A DNA stretch of 64,000 nt from a candidate division FCPU426 bacterium (lineage in GTDB: Bacteria; Oederibacteriota; Muellerivitia; Muellerivitales; Muellerivitaceae). The stretch covers positions 32,001 through 96,000 of the forward strand of contig CAVYSE010000009.1 in assembly GCA_963771075.1 (NCBI GenBank), read 5' to 3'. A program made the translations under genes and the position numbers. How positions within the stretch are numbered: position 1 is the first letter of the stretch; each line of letters opens with the position of its first letter. Below the pieces are notes generated by a model. It was not told where the DNA came from. It did not search any database and worked only from the letters and a program-made list of their open reading frames with translations. This document shows positions 1 through 11,194 of the stretch, in pieces.

Positions 1-183
1 CTTTTAACGACTTATCGGGATCGTTTGGCCCTCTATTCAGCCGCCCGCCGGGAGTTTGGGAGTTGGAAACAAGCCTTGGAGGTCGCAGGCTACCGCCTGA
101 CAAAGGGTGCCCATAAAAATTCAAATCAAATATTCAAAAAGGAAGAGGCTGCCGCCTTAAACCAGGCCCCTTCCCTCTCTTAA
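1..183 (+). CDS. 3' fragment of a homing-endonuclease-associated repeat protein (partial)
   Basis: Not in the ORF track. Frame 1 is open to TAA at 181-183 and reads LLTTYRDRLALYSAARREFGSWKQALEVAG..., matching the FGSWxxALxxAG repeat signature. Confidence 0.6.
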   Translation, partial: LLTTYRDRLALYSAARREFGSWKQALEVAGYRLTKGAHKNSNQIFKKEEAAALNQAPSLS

Positions 184-206
184 ACCGAGCCTCGGGGAAC
201 CAGTCT

Positions 207-1739
207 TTATCGGATAAGGGCCAGTTTTTTCGTTACCGACTGGTTCCCTGAACTAATGTTATAAATATAGATCCCGCTCGCTAAACGGCTCCCCGCTTGA
301 TTGACCCCGTTCCACGAAACCTGATTAACCCCCGCTTGCGTTTGTCCTGCGTTGACGGCCTGTGAATAGACCAGGATCCCTGAGATATCAAATATTTTTA
401 TCACGACATTTTGTTGGGTTGGAAGGGTAAAGGCAAAGGTGAGGCGGCCATCCCGGCTCGGATTCGGAAAGCAAAGTGTGGTGTTTTCTGAAAATTTGAG
501 ATCCCCAAACGAAACCAGCATGGGGGTGGGAGAGGCGGTTGGAACCTCTTCTTGGGTCAGAATCTTTATTGAGTTTGTCCGCATATGGGTCGTGACCAAA
601 TCCACGGTACCTGAGTTCTTCGTGTCCAAGGCGGCGACTTCCACCGGGCCAAAACTGGAAACCGCATCGGAGGCGACCTTTAAACTTTGTAAGGCTTGAA
701 ACAAACTGCCATTCCATTGAAAAAGATCCAAAAGATCAGAGTCGCGGTTGGCGATGACAACAACCGGCGCTTCCCCCTTGTTAAGATTTGCGACGGCCAG
801 GCCGTTAGGATGGGCCCCGCTCGTAGTCAAAGGCGGCTGTAAAACGAGCGTCCCATCTTTATGTTGAAGATATATCCAAACCGTGTTTTTTGTAAAATCG
901 GTCGTTACCAAATCGGCCCTTCCATCCTGGTTTATATCGGCAATTCGAAGGTCGGAAAGATTCGCTCCAGGGGTTGGGCAGAGCGTCTCCGTGAGGGTAT
1001 AAGAAGAAAGATCATTCGGGGATGAGATGGATGGACGCAAGACCGCCAATTGCCCAGTCCCTAGGCAGGCCACGACGATTTCATTCACCCCATCCCCATG
1101 CAAATCGCCCACTGCGACTTGCGCCGGGCCAGGCGGCACGTTGTAATCGTGACGAACCCCCAATTTACCGTTTTTTATTTCGTACAGAGAGATTTGGTTC
1201 GCTCCATACTCGGCAACCGCCGCAAAAGCCGCTCCTCCAACCTTGGTTGTCCCGTAACTTACCCCGACAGGCTGGGAAAGGGTCGGGCTTTCATCCGTTT
1301 TTTGAAACTTCGCCCCATCCCACCCGAACATTTGCAAAAGCCCTGCATCGTAACAGGAGACAAGGAGATCATCTTGACCTGAAAGATTGGGAACCGTCGC
1401 CAATCCACGGGGACTCCAACCGGTAGAAATTTCCGTCAATAGGGACAATCCTGATGAAGTGGCGGTAAAAACTTGGATACGGGGAATTTGTTGATTGAGT
1501 ATGCTTTGAGGGGTTGATTGTCCTATGAATGTGGAAGAACCAAAATCCGCAACCGCGAGGCAAGACGCGGAGGATCTTATGAAATGCCCAACCGCCAAGC
1601 CCCTGGGGGAGGATCCTGTTAAAATGGAACCGGGTTGTTTAAAGTTATAAACTCCACCCCAAAGGAATACCGGGAACGAAACTACATAAAAAACAAAAAT
1701 CAGTTTTAAATTTTCAACCATCCTTTTCTCCTCCTGCAT
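207..1739 (-). CDS. Secreted FG-GAP/VCBS repeat protein with C-terminal T9SS-type/FlgD-Ig domain
   Basis: Hydrophobic N-terminus; repeats GDLHGDGVNEIVVA and ADINQDGRADLVTT; PTASPTP linker; C-terminal FPNP...IFDISG...WNG...LASGIYIY...KKLALIR. Confidence 0.8.
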   Translation of the reverse strand: MQEEKRMVENLKLIFVFYVVSFPVFLWGGVYNFKQPGSILTGSSPRGLAVGHFIRSSASCLAVADFGSSTFIGQSTPQSILNQQIPRIQVFTATSSGLSLLTEISTGWSPRGLATVPNLSGQDDLLVSCYDAGLLQMFGWDGAKFQKTDESPTLSQPVGVSYGTTKVGGAAFAAVAEYGANQISLYEIKNGKLGVRHDYNVPPGPAQVAVGDLHGDGVNEIVVACLGTGQLAVLRPSISSPNDLSSYTLTETLCPTPGANLSDLRIADINQDGRADLVTTDFTKNTVWIYLQHKDGTLVLQPPLTTSGAHPNGLAVANLNKGEAPVVVIANRDSDLLDLFQWNGSLFQALQSLKVASDAVSSFGPVEVAALDTKNSGTVDLVTTHMRTNSIKILTQEEVPTASPTPMLVSFGDLKFSENTTLCFPNPSRDGRLTFAFTLPTQQNVVIKIFDISGILVYSQAVNAGQTQAGVNQVSWNGVNQAGSRLASGIYIYNISSGNQSVTKKLALIR

Positions 1740-1861
1740 ACCAATGATGATGACATTTTACCCCCGATTTCATAAAACTATCAAAAGACTAGGACAGGGA
1801 AAAAACTCAATGATTTAAGGAATTTTTAATGTAATCAGAAATAAATTTTTGGATCGGGAAG

Positions 1862-2383
1862 TTAAAACTTACAAGCCATCGCTAGGATTGGATGGTTGTT
1901 CTCAAACAAAACAACGGGGTTTAAACCGTGTTCATTATTGTAATCCTGCGCGGCGGTGGGAGCATGAGCCATGTCAACAATCCAAAAGCCACCAAAAGCT
2001 ATAATACCACCCCAAATTAGGTTCGTTCCTATCGCCGTGGCATTATTGGTGTCTCCTAATAGGCCCCCAGAAAAATCTGTTGTGTCGGACTTAATCAAGG
2101 CGCCCAAACCCACCGAAAGCACCGACAAAACTTCTCCACCTAATAAAACATCACCCGTAATGTCGTCACCCGCGTAAAAATGCCCGTACCCGTGAATAAG
2201 TAAGCCAGGGAATAAAGCTAAAAGAAAAGCTTTGTTGGGATCTTTATAAAAATATGTTTGATGGTTGGTTTCAAGGCTTCCTGAAAGACCAGGGTCGGAA
2301 ATTTGGGCCGAAAGGAAAGTTTGGCTTAATATTAAAAACATTCCCAATAAGAGAAAAATAAACCGCCGAGAAATGAATGTCAT
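1862..2383 (-). CDS. Hypothetical membrane protein
   Basis: Signal-like N-terminus, K-D-P-x-x-A..L..PG..G.GHFY motif, 2-3 hydrophobic segments. Confidence 0.65.
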   Translation of the reverse strand: MTFISRRFIFLLLGMFLILSQTFLSAQISDPGLSGSLETNHQTYFYKDPNKAFLLALFPGLLIHGYGHFYAGDDITGDVLLGGEVLSVLSVGLGALIKSDTTDFSGGLLGDTNNATAIGTNLIWGGIIAFGGFWIVDMAHAPTAAQDYNNEHGLNPVVLFENNHPILAMACKF

Positions 2384-2460
2384 AGTTTTCTCATTTTACG
2401 TAACGGAATGGAAGCGGTCAAAAGAAAATTCCAATAACAATGGAATTAGTCCCAAACCTT

Positions 2461-2940
2461 TTATGACGTAACAACCTCTTTTGAGGCCTTAGAATCCCCG
2501 GTCGTTTTTACGCCCTCTTCCGTTGCTTCTTTACCTTTTTTCGTCTTTTTAACTGTAGCTGGTTCGGTCGGCTTTTCCTCAACAGGGCGGTCAACTAACT
2601 CAAGAAAGACCATTTCCGCGCCATCACCTGCGCGAAATCCCAGTTTTAGAATTCGTGTATACCCACCCTTGCGTTGGGCATAACGATAAATCAAAGTTTT
2701 AAATAGTTTGTTGACAACTTCTCTTTCTCTCAAAAACCCAAGCGCTTCCCTTTTTGAGGCAAGAGTTTCCTTTTTGGCGGTGGTGATCATCTTCTCGGCA
2801 AACCGGCGAACTTCTTTCGCACGCATTTTGGTGGTTTTGATCCGCTCGTGCTTGAATAACGAGGTCACCATGTTTCTTACCATAGCTCGGCGATGGGCCG
2901 GTTGGACCCCCAATCGTCCATGGTGGGACTTATGCCGCAT
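2461..2940 (-). CDS. rplQ: 50S ribosomal protein L17
   Basis: MRH..GRL, GGYTRILK motifs; follows rpoA; Lys/Glu-rich C-terminal tail. Confidence 0.98.
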   Translation of the reverse strand: MRHKSHHGRLGVQPAHRRAMVRNMVTSLFKHERIKTTKMRAKEVRRFAEKMITTAKKETLASKREALGFLREREVVNKLFKTLIYRYAQRKGGYTRILKLGFRAGDGAEMVFLELVDRPVEEKPTEPATVKKTKKGKEATEEGVKTTGDSKASKEVVTS

Positions 2941-2966
2941 TGATGTTCTCCTATCGTTACTTTGGG

Positions 2967-3980
2967 TTAAACTGCAGCTTCCACACGGGGAAGGGCGGGT
3001 GATTTACCTTTGGCCAGGATCGCATCCACGTCCATACCAAAAGACAAACCCATCCCGCTCAGGATTTCTTTGATTTCATTCAAGGATTTCCGTCCGAAAT
3101 TCTTGTATTTCAACATGTCGGTTTCGGTTTTCCGAACCAAATCCCCGATGGTCTTGATGCTAGCGGTTTTAAGACAATTCGCCGATCGGACGGACAACTC
3201 CAGTTCCTCAACGCTTTCATTCAGCAATTCCCGGAGCCTTTCTTCTTCTTCGCTAACAGCGTCATCTTGAGCGGACGGTTCTTCCTCAAAATTAATGAAA
3301 ATCTGGACCGAATCTCGCAAGATTTTAGCGGAATGGGCGAGTGCATCTTCCGGATGAATACGACCATCCGTCCAAATTTCAATGATGAGCTTATCATAGT
3401 CTGTCATTTGTCCAATACGGGCTGACTCGACCGAATATTTAACCTGGGTAACCGGGGTAAAAACCGAATCAATCGGGATCACCCCGATCGATTGGCCTTC
3501 CCGCTTATTTCGATCTGAAGGCGCATAACCCCGGCCTTCCGCGATCTCAATGGTAACATCCAAAAGAGCGTCTTCTTCCGTCAGGGTGGCCAAATGCAAT
3601 TGGGGGTTAAGTATCTCCACATCGGAATCGATCTGGATATCCGCTCCAGTAACCTTACGCTCCCCTTTGACATTGAGCCGGAGGGTTTTAGACCCCGAAC
3701 CAAACATTTTTATTTTAAGTTCCTTGAGGTTTAAAATTATTTCCGTCGTATCTTCCACCACTCCTGGAATCGATGAGTATTCGTGGGAGACGCCCTCGAA
3801 TTTCACGGAAGTAACTGCCGCCCCCGAAATAGAAGACAGCAATACCCTCCTTAACGAGTTTCCAATCGTATGGCCATAACCTCTTTCAAAAGGTTCGGCG
3901 ATAAATTTTCCATAGGTCGGGCTTAAGGATTCCTTTTCATAATCTAAAAACTTTGGAATCTGAACATTACCGATTTGCAT
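2967..3980 (-). CDS. rpoA: RNA polymerase alpha subunit
   Basis: [41 protein letters not shown]. Confidence 0.99.
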   Translation of the reverse strand: MQIGNVQIPKFLDYEKESLSPTYGKFIAEPFERGYGHTIGNSLRRVLLSSISGAAVTSVKFEGVSHEYSSIPGVVEDTTEIILNLKELKIKMFGSGSKTLRLNVKGERKVTGADIQIDSDVEILNPQLHLATLTEEDALLDVTIEIAEGRGYAPSDRNKREGQSIGVIPIDSVFTPVTQVKYSVESARIGQMTDYDKLIIEIWTDGRIHPEDALAHSAKILRDSVQIFINFEEEPSAQDDAVSEEEERLRELLNESVEELELSVRSANCLKTASIKTIGDLVRKTETDMLKYKNFGRKSLNEIKEILSGMGLSFGMDVDAILAKGKSPALPRVEAAV

Positions 3981-4005
3981 GATCCCTCCTGCGGGGTTGT
4001 CCTAG

Positions 4006-4626
4006 TTACTTTGAATATAATTCGACGATGAGTTGTTCCTGCACCGGCAAGGCTATTTCTTCTTTGGTCGGCACCTTCTTAAAAACACCCGAAAGAGTGC
4101 CCGTGTCCACATCTAACCATTCCGGAACGCCCCTTTTTTGAAGCTGTTCCATGGATTTTTTCAAGATCACGTTTTCTTTGTATTTTTCGGTGACAGCTAC
4201 CTTATCCCCCGCTTTCAACGTATAGCTGGGAATGTCGACCTTTTTCCCGTTCACCAGCACCTGTCCATGACGGACCACTTGACGCGCTTGTGTGCGTGAT
4301 TCGGCAAAACCCATCCTATAAATCGTATTATCCAAACGCTGTTCCAATAATTGGAGCAGGGTTTCGCCCGTTACCCCTTTTTTACGGGAAGCGATAACGA
4401 AATATCTGCGGAATTGTTTTTCCAACACGCCGTAAATGCGTTTAACTTTTTGCTTCTCACGCAATTGAAGTCCATATTCGGTGTCTTTACGGCGTTTTTG
4501 GCCGTGTTGACCGGGAGCATATCCGCGCCGTTCAAAAGCGCATTTATCCGTTTCACAACGGGTTCCCTTCAAATAAAGCTTCATTCCCTCCCGCCGACAA
4601 ATCCGGCATACGGACTGGTCACTCAT
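4006..4626 (-). CDS. rpsD: 30S ribosomal protein S4 (Cys-containing form)
   Basis: [24 protein letters not shown]. Confidence 0.98.
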   Translation of the reverse strand: MSDQSVCRICRREGMKLYLKGTRCETDKCAFERRGYAPGQHGQKRRKDTEYGLQLREKQKVKRIYGVLEKQFRRYFVIASRKKGVTGETLLQLLEQRLDNTIYRMGFAESRTQARQVVRHGQVLVNGKKVDIPSYTLKAGDKVAVTEKYKENVILKKSMEQLQKRGVPEWLDVDTGTLSGVFKKVPTKEEIALPVQEQLIVELYSK

Positions 4627-4638
4627 TCAGAGGCTCCT

Positions 4639-5082
4639 TTACACGCGCCGGCGCTTGGGCGGCCGGCAGCCATTATGGGGGACGGGGGTCACGTCCTTTA
4701 TCATTGTAATCACCAGACCGCTGGTTTGAATGGCGCGGATGGCGGCTTCACGGCCCGACCCAGGACCTTTCACGTAAACTTCCACTGACTTCATCCCCGC
4801 ATCGACGGCCTTTTTGCCTGCCGTCTCAGCTGCGACTTGGGCAGCAAATGGCGTCGACTTACGACTTCCTTTAAAATTCATTGATCCCGCCGAAGACCAA
4901 GCCACCACATTTCCCCTTGGATCGGTTACAGTTACCAACGTGTTGTTAAAAGTACACTGGATGTGGACCACCCCATTACGGGGGGCCTTTTTCCCTTTTT
5001 TGGATGCGACTGAAGGTGAAGTTTTATCCGTGACCGCAGGGGTCTCAGCCTTCACTTCTTTTGAATCCGGTTTTTCTGTCAC
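4639..5082 (-). CDS. rpsK: 30S ribosomal protein S11
   Basis: [25 protein letters not shown]; start placed at the GTG after AAGGAG. Confidence 0.97.
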   Translation of the reverse strand: MTEKPDSKEVKAETPAVTDKTSPSVASKKGKKAPRNGVVHIQCTFNNTLVTVTDPRGNVVAWSSAGSMNFKGSRKSTPFAAQVAAETAGKKAVDAGMKSVEVYVKGPGSGREAAIRAIQTSGLVITMIKDVTPVPHNGCRPPKRRRV

Positions 5083-5128
5083 TCGTTTCTCCTTCATTTC
5101 CCCTAAAAAAGCGGGCACTTAAACAATC

Positions 5129-5509
5129 CTATTCTTCCTTTTTACGACCGCTTCCTACCGTCTTTTTGGGCCCTTTACGGGTCCGTGCATTCGTTTTGGT
5201 CCTTTGGCCTCTCACCGGTAGCCCTTTCCGATGCCGACTTCCCCTAAAAGTTCCAATGTCGATCAAACGCTTGATATTCATGGAAATTTCCCGCCGCAAA
5301 TCACCTTCCACTTTGATGTTTTCAGTATTTAGGGTATTCGTGATCCGGGCCACTTCATCATCCTTTAAGTTTTTGACCCTTACGTCAGGATTAACATTCG
5401 CCTTCGTCAAAATTTTGCGGGCCAGATTAGGTCCAATCCCGTATATATAAGTCAATCCCACTTCCACACGTTTTTCCTTTGGTAAATCCACTCCAGCTAT
5501 ACGTGCCAT
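5129..5509 (-). CDS. rpsM: 30S ribosomal protein S13
   Basis: [28 protein letters not shown]. Confidence 0.99.
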   Translation of the reverse strand: MARIAGVDLPKEKRVEVGLTYIYGIGPNLARKILTKANVNPDVRVKNLKDDEVARITNTLNTENIKVEGDLRREISMNIKRLIDIGTFRGSRHRKGLPVRGQRTKTNARTRKGPKKTVGSGRKKEE

Positions 5510-5519
5510 AATTCTCCTC

Positions 5520-5633
5520 TTAACCCTGACGTTGCTTGTGTTTGGGATTGATGCAAATCACACGAACCACACCCTTCCGGCGTATGACCTTACATTTATC
5601 ACAAATCGGCTTAACGGATGACCGAACCTTCAT
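5520..5633 (-). CDS. rpmJ: 50S ribosomal protein L36
   Basis: Below the ORF-track cutoff; hand translation [37 protein letters not shown]. Confidence 0.98.
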   Translation of the reverse strand: MKVRSSVKPICDKCKVIRRKGVVRVICINPKHKQRQG

Positions 5634-5669
5634 TTTCAACCTTCTTTCAATCTTTGTGGTTTTAGTATC

Positions 5670-5888
5670 TCACTTAAACCGGTAGGTTATCCTACCCCGG
5701 TTTAAATCATAAGGAGACAATTCCACCGTTACCCTATCACCCGGAAGGATACGAATAAAATTCATTCGCATTTTTCCGGAAACATGCGCGAGAACAACGT
5801 GCTTGTTTTCCAGCTCCACCCTGAAACTGGCGTTCGGAAGGGCCTCGATGACCGTTCCTTCTACCGAAATCGCTTCTTCCTTGGCCAT
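5670..5888 (-). CDS. infA: Translation initiation factor IF-1
   Basis: [26 protein letters not shown]. Confidence 0.99.
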   Translation of the reverse strand: MAKEEAISVEGTVIEALPNASFRVELENKHVVLAHVSGKMRMNFIRILPGDRVTVELSPYDLNRGRITYRFK

Positions 5889-5906
5889 AAGCCTCCATCC
5901 CGAGGA

Positions 5907-6656
5907 CTATGCTACCCGGGTCAGGTTTTGAGGCCCCTCGGCCAAGACTGCGATGGTATCCTCAAAATGGGCGGAGAATTTACCATCTTTCGTCACCACT
6001 GTCCAGCTATCCTCCAGGACCTTCACTTCATCAACACCTGCGTTTACCATTGGCTCCAATGCCAAACACATACCCGCTATAATCCGGGCACCTTGGTGGG
6101 GAATCCCATAATTCGGGATTTGCGGCTCTTCATGCATCGCCTTGCCTATTCCGTGGCCTACATAATCTTTAACCACTGAAAAGCCGGCTTTTTCCACAAA
6201 TGTTTGAATCGAGTAACCGATATCTGAAATACGGTTTCCAACCTTCACTGCATCAATTCCAATATCCAAAGCTTGTTGCGTGATATCCAACAACCGCTTT
6301 ACTTCTTGAGAAACTTTACCGACAGGAAAGCTTCTAGCCGAATCACCGCAAAAACCTTTGTAAAAAGCCCCGATATCGATGCCGACAATATCCCCTTCTT
6401 CCAAGATACGCTTGCTTGGTATACCATGTACCACTTGTTCATTTACAGAGGTGCAAATGGTTGCGGGATACCCGTGATAACCTAGAAAAGCCGGGATACA
6501 ATCATGCTTTTTGAGGAAATCGCTAGCGAAACGATCCAACTCCTTGGTCGTAACACCCGGTCTAATTTTATTTCCCAGTTCTAAAAGCGCTTCTCCAACT
6601 ACCCTTCCACTGATCTGCATGAGTTTTAATTCTGATTCGGTCTTGATTGTAATCAC
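5907..6656 (-). CDS. map: Methionine aminopeptidase type I
   Basis: SVNEQVVHGIP, GHGIG..MHEEP, SAHFEDT. Confidence 0.98.
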   Translation of the reverse strand: MITIKTESELKLMQISGRVVGEALLELGNKIRPGVTTKELDRFASDFLKKHDCIPAFLGYHGYPATICTSVNEQVVHGIPSKRILEEGDIVGIDIGAFYKGFCGDSARSFPVGKVSQEVKRLLDITQQALDIGIDAVKVGNRISDIGYSIQTFVEKAGFSVVKDYVGHGIGKAMHEEPQIPNYGIPHQGARIIAGMCLALEPMVNAGVDEVKVLEDSWTVVTKDGKFSAHFEDTIAVLAEGPQNLTRVA

Positions 6657-7312
6657 GACCCTAAGGCCACCTTTTCCAAAACCTCAATAATTCGAGGAAA
6701 AGAGATTTCAAAAATTTCCTCGCATGAAACACGTTTTAATAATCCTTTCTTTTCATAGAAGGATATCAAAGGCTCAGTGTCTTTTTTATATACCATCAAC
6801 CTATTTTCAATGGTCTCAGGTTTATCATCTGTTCGTTGAATCAGCTCTTTACCGCACTTGTCACAAATCCCCTCGAGCAGAGGTTTCATCGTTTCCACGT
6901 TATAGGTCGCACCACAAGCAGGGCAAACCCTTCTTCCTGTTAACCGGCGAATGAGAACTTGATGGCTTACTTCTATTTTTAAAACACCATCCAGTTTTAT
7001 TTTCATTTCTTTAAGCATACCTTCAAGACTCTCGGCCTGAGGGACAGTGCGCGGAAAACCATCTAGAATAAAACCGGAATGGGCATCTTCTTTTTTTATG
7101 CGTTCACGGATTAATTCTATGACAACGGAATCAGGAACTAATTCACCTCGCTTCATGAATTCCTGGGCCTTCAAGCCTAATTCTATTCCCGCCTTGATCG
7201 CTGAACGGAGCATGTCGCCAGTCGAAATTTGAGGAATGGAGTATTTTTTCACCAATGCAGAAGAGTAAGTTCCCTTCCCCGCACCCGGTTCGCCTAAAAG
7301 GATAATTCGCAT
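6653..7312 (-). CDS. adk: Adenylate kinase (Zn-LID)
   Basis: GEPGAGKGT, LDGFPR, CPACG...CDKCG. Confidence 0.98.
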   Translation of the reverse strand: MRIILLGEPGAGKGTYSSALVKKYSIPQISTGDMLRSAIKAGIELGLKAQEFMKRGELVPDSVVIELIRERIKKEDAHSGFILDGFPRTVPQAESLEGMLKEMKIKLDGVLKIEVSHQVLIRRLTGRRVCPACGATYNVETMKPLLEGICDKCGKELIQRTDDKPETIENRLMVYKKDTEPLISFYEKKGLLKRVSCEEIFEISFPRIIEVLEKVALGS

Positions 7313-8652
7313 TAGAACGCGCTCCGTCCTTTTAGTCGACCCTTTTTCATAAAACCGTCGTAATGCCGCATTAATAAATGAGATTCAATTTGCTTCATGG
7401 TATCCAAAGCGACTCCGACAATGATCAAAAGGGACGTCCCGCCGAAATAAATTGGAATATTCAAGTTTCTAACGAACAAGTCAGGGAATACTGCCACGGC
7501 ACAAACCGCCAATGCGCCCCAAATGGTAATACGGGTCAACGTTCGATCAATAAATTCGGCGGTTTGCTGACCAGGTCTAATCCCGGGTATAAAACCGCCG
7601 TATTTTTTCATGTTTTCCGCAAGATCCGTCGGATTGAAGGCAATAGCGGTGTAAAAGTAACAAAAGAAAACAATTAATAGGGAATAAAGGCCGTAATAAA
7701 TGAGGGCCCCTGGCGCTAAATTTCTTGTAACAAAATCCATCAATTCATAAGCCCAACTTTGTTCCAACCCTCTTTCCGATAGAACACCTTGAACATATTT
7801 GGCAATCTGAGAAGGAAATACCAAAATTGAAGAAGCAAAAATAACTGCGATAACTCCAGAATAGTCTACTTTTAATGGCAATTGAGTTGATTGTCCTTTA
7901 AATACTTGTCGTCCCACAACACGAGTTGCGTATTGAACCGGAATTTTCCTCGCACCTTGTTGCAAAATTACAATGAAGGCAATGGTGGCCACAGTGAAAG
8001 CAATGAAAAATAGGACGGCTAATAAATTAACGGATCCAATTCGGACCAGTCGAAATGTATCCCGTAATTGACCGGGTAAGCCCGCCACAATTCCAGCGAA
8101 AATGATCAGTGAAATTCCGTTTCCAACGCCGTATTCCGTAATTTGTTCCCCCAACCACATGATGAAAATCGTGCCAGTGGTCAAGGCTAAGACCGTCATC
8201 AATTGAAAACCGATTCCCCAATGGTAAACAGCGTTATCTCCGAAGGATTTCAATAGATAAGTGGTTCCCGTTCCTTGAATGATACAAAGGCCTACCGTGC
8301 CAATGCGGGTGTATTGGGTGATCTTTCTACGCCCCGTCTCCCCTTCTTTCGATAGTTTTTCCAAGGTTGGAATCACCGCAGTTAAGAGTTGAAGGATAAT
8401 GGACATGCTAATATAAGGCATAACACCTAATGCGAAGACGGATGATTGTTTTAAAGCTCCGCCGGAGAACAGGTTTAAAAATCCCAATATCCCTCCCCCT
8501 TGGCCTGAAAAATACTGGTTTAGAAATAAAATATTGATGCCAGGAATGGGGATATGAATGCCAATGCGGTAAACCAAGAGGATTAAAAAGGTAAAGATAA
8601 CCCTATTTTTTAATTCTGGTACCCGGAAAATATTTGCGAAGGCCGAAAACAC
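7312..8652 (-). CDS. secY: Preprotein translocase SecY
   Basis: LGVMPYISMSIILQLL, WLGEQITEYGVGNGISLIIF, IPGIRPG. Confidence 0.99.
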   Translation of the reverse strand: MFSAFANIFRVPELKNRVIFTFLILLVYRIGIHIPIPGINILFLNQYFSGQGGGILGFLNLFSGGALKQSSVFALGVMPYISMSIILQLLTAVIPTLEKLSKEGETGRRKITQYTRIGTVGLCIIQGTGTTYLLKSFGDNAVYHWGIGFQLMTVLALTTGTIFIMWLGEQITEYGVGNGISLIIFAGIVAGLPGQLRDTFRLVRIGSVNLLAVLFFIAFTVATIAFIVILQQGARKIPVQYATRVVGRQVFKGQSTQLPLKVDYSGVIAVIFASSILVFPSQIAKYVQGVLSERGLEQSWAYELMDFVTRNLAPGALIYYGLYSLLIVFFCYFYTAIAFNPTDLAENMKKYGGFIPGIRPGQQTAEFIDRTLTRITIWGALAVCAVAVFPDLFVRNLNIPIYFGGTSLLIIVGVALDTMKQIESHLLMRHYDGFMKKGRLKGRSAF

Positions 8653-9090
8653 TTACAGGACCTCCGTGCTTCCGCCAGCCGACTTGATTTTATCAATTGC
8701 GGATTTACTAAACGCATTGGCCTTGACCGTAAGAGATACCTTACATTCTCCTTCGCCCAAAACCTTTACCAGATCACCTGTCTTTATAAGGCCCTTTTCT
8801 TTTAGTTGCAAAGGACCCACCATTGTTCCAGTGGGAAATATTGAAAGTGCTCCCACATTCACCACTTCATATTTGATTTTATCTAAACTCTTAAAACCAC
8901 GAATAGGAAGACGACGGTAAATCGGGGTTTGTCCACCTTCAAAACCAGGCCGTACACCCCCGCCGGTTCTGGAATTTTGACCTTTACTTCCGCGGGTCGC
9001 CGTTTTTCCATGACCCGAACCTGGACCCTTTCCAACAATTTTTTTTCGTTTAACTGAACCCTTTTTAGGTTTCAATTCTGAGATTTTCAT
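8653..9090 (-). CDS. rplO: 50S ribosomal protein L15
   Basis: GSGHGKT, FEGGQTP. Confidence 0.98.
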   Translation of the reverse strand: MKISELKPKKGSVKRKKIVGKGPGSGHGKTATRGSKGQNSRTGGGVRPGFEGGQTPIYRRLPIRGFKSLDKIKYEVVNVGALSIFPTGTMVGPLQLKEKGLIKTGDLVKVLGEGECKVSLTVKANAFSKSAIDKIKSAGGSTEVL

Positions 9091-9102
9091 TCCTAAGCCT
9101 TT

Positions 9103-9279
9103 TTATTTTTGAATTTGGATTAAATAATCAATTTTGGACAACATACCCCGGATGACTGGGGTATCGGGCTTAATTACCGTTTGACGAATTTTCCTTAATC
9201 CCAAAGCCTCTGCAATACGCACATGCTGGGGGTGACGGCCATTAAGACTCTTCGTAAGTTTTATTTTAAGTTCAGTCAT
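9103..9279 (-). CDS. rpmD: 50S ribosomal protein L30
   Basis: Hand translation [15 protein letters not shown]...[21 protein letters not shown]... (58 aa), between rpsE and rplO. Confidence 0.96.
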   Translation of the reverse strand: MTELKIKLTKSLNGRHPQHVRIAEALGLRKIRQTVIKPDTPVIRGMLSKIDYLIQIQK

Positions 9280-9788
9280 GATTTCACCGGACCCGTAAGA
9301 CTTTCGACGGTTTTACCCCGGAGAACCGCAACCATTTCGGGAGAACGGATCTCACTTAGTCCCTTTAAAGCAGCTTGAACCACGTTAAACACGTTATCCG
9401 ACTGAATAGATTTGGTTAACACATCATGAATTCCGGCCAGTTCACAAACAGCTCGGACACCACCACCAGCAATGATTCCCGTTCCCGGAGCAGCCGGTTT
9501 GAGCAAAACCCGAGATGCTTTAAATACTCCGATCACTTCGTGATAAATCGTCACGCCTTTCAATGGCACTTGGATTAAATTTTTCTTGGCGTCGTCAACC
9601 GCCTTTCGGATCGCGTCAGGAACCTCACTTGCTTTTCCCGTTCCGATCCCGACAAAACCATGCCCGTCACCCACCACCACTAAAACGGAAAAGCTAAACC
9701 GCCGACCCCCCTTGACCACTTTGGCCACGCGGTTGATATGTACTACTTTTTCTTTTAAATCAAGTTTGGAAGAATCAATTCGAGCCAT
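9276..9788 (-). CDS. rpsE: 30S ribosomal protein S5
   Basis: [28 protein letters not shown]. Confidence 0.99.
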   Translation of the reverse strand: MARIDSSKLDLKEKVVHINRVAKVVKGGRRFSFSVLVVVGDGHGFVGIGTGKASEVPDAIRKAVDDAKKNLIQVPLKGVTIYHEVIGVFKASRVLLKPAAPGTGIIAGGGVRAVCELAGIHDVLTKSIQSDNVFNVVQAALKGLSEIRSPEMVAVLRGKTVESLTGPVKS

Positions 9789-9800
9789 GGTATTCCTTCT

Positions 9801-10166
9801 TTAAAATTTAAGGCCGTTCGCACGAGCGGCTTCTGCCAAGGCTTTGATCCGGCCATGATAGATGTAACCACCCCTATCAAACACGACTTGAGTGATGGAT
9901 TTTTCCTTAGCTAATTTGGCGATTTCTTCCCCCACCGCTTTTGCCGCTTGCAAATTACCACCGTTTTTTAATTGGCTTCTCATTTGGTGGTCAAAGCTTG
10001 CCGCCGCCGCCAAAGTAACTCCCTTTGAATCATCAACTATTTGCGCCGTGATATTTTTAGCGCCACGGTGCACCACCAAACGGGGACGCTCAGAAGATCC
10101 AGATACCTTTTTCCGAATCCGCTCGTGACGATGACTACGCTTATGATGTTGTAATTGCGACTGCAT
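9801..10166 (-). CDS. rplR: 50S ribosomal protein L18
   Basis: [22 protein letters not shown]. Confidence 0.98.
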   Translation of the reverse strand: MQSQLQHHKRSHRHERIRKKVSGSSERPRLVVHRGAKNITAQIVDDSKGVTLAAAASFDHQMRSQLKNGGNLQAAKAVGEEIAKLAKEKSITQVVFDRGGYIYHGRIKALAEAARANGLKF

Positions 10167-10178
10167 TCAGTAACTCCT

Positions 10179-10748
10179 CTATTTAGCGCCGGCTTTTCCA
10201 GTCGCGCCGGTTTTTCCTACCTTTTTACGGACTCGTTCTCCCAAATATCGTATTCCTGTTCCTTTATAGACTTCAGGTGGTTTCACCCTTCGTATTTTTG
10301 AGGCGGTTTCACCTACCAGATATTTATTAATACCTTTAACCGTCAAAAGGGTTTGCTTTTCAATGTCAACGACGATCCCTTTGGGTAAATCCATCACTAC
10401 CGGATGGCTAAATCCCAGAGTCATGGTCAACTTGCCCTTTTCCAAGGCCGCCCTATAGCCCACACCTTGAATTTCAAGTTTTTTCTCAAACCCGGTTGAT
10501 ACGCCTATAACCATATTTTTTATGAGTGCGTGGATTAACCCGTGTTGGGCCCCGGCTTCTCGAGTGTTTCCTAAGGGCCCTTCAATGATCGAGACTTTTA
10601 ATTGTTTATCCTGTGTTTCCACCTTCAAGCTCGGAAGAATTTCCTGTGTTAAGGTTCCCTTCGGGCCTTCCACGGTCACTAATTTTCCATCAACCTTTAC
10701 CTTCACTCCGGGCGGCAGATCCATCGGTTTTTTGGCGATACGGGCCAT
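10179..10748 (-). CDS. rplF: 50S ribosomal protein L6
   Basis: GPKGTL, GVGYRA, PPEVYKGTGIRY. Confidence 0.98.
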   Translation of the reverse strand: MARIAKKPMDLPPGVKVKVDGKLVTVEGPKGTLTQEILPSLKVETQDKQLKVSIIEGPLGNTREAGAQHGLIHALIKNMVIGVSTGFEKKLEIQGVGYRAALEKGKLTMTLGFSHPVVMDLPKGIVVDIEKQTLLTVKGINKYLVGETASKIRRVKPPEVYKGTGIRYLGERVRKKVGKTGATGKAGAK

Positions 10749-10779
10749 GACTTCTCCTAATTATTCAACTTAAACGTCA

Positions 10780-11181
10780 TCAATGAATGAGGCACAAAAC
10801 TTCACCGCCCACACCCTGCTGACGGGCTTGCTGATCCGTTAATAGCCCTTTCGAGGTGGAAATGATCGCGATACCCAAGCCACCAATGACTTTAGGTACG
10901 GTTGATTTTCCAGTGTAATGGCGACGGCCAGAACGGCTAATCCGATCGATTTTTGTAATAACTCTCTCTCTCTTATCACCATATTTCATGGAAATACGGA
11001 TTACGGAGGCTTTGCCTTTTTCTTCAACCACCTTGTAATTCTTGATGAAACCTTCTTCCGACAGTATTCTTGCGATTTCCAACTTTAACTTAGAGAAAGG
11101 GATATCCACTTTCTCTTTATACATGTGGTTCGCATTACGAATCCGGGTCAACATGTCCGCGATAGGGTCCGACATTGCCAT
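10780..11181 (-). CDS. rpsH: 30S ribosomal protein S8
   Basis: [13 protein letters not shown]; start moved to the ATG at 11181. Confidence 0.98.
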   Translation of the reverse strand: MAMSDPIADMLTRIRNANHMYKEKVDIPFSKLKLEIARILSEEGFIKNYKVVEEKGKASVIRISMKYGDKRERVITKIDRISRSGRRHYTGKSTVPKVIGGLGIAIISTSKGLLTDQQARQQGVGGEVLCLIH

Positions 11182-11194
11182 TTTATTTCTCCTG

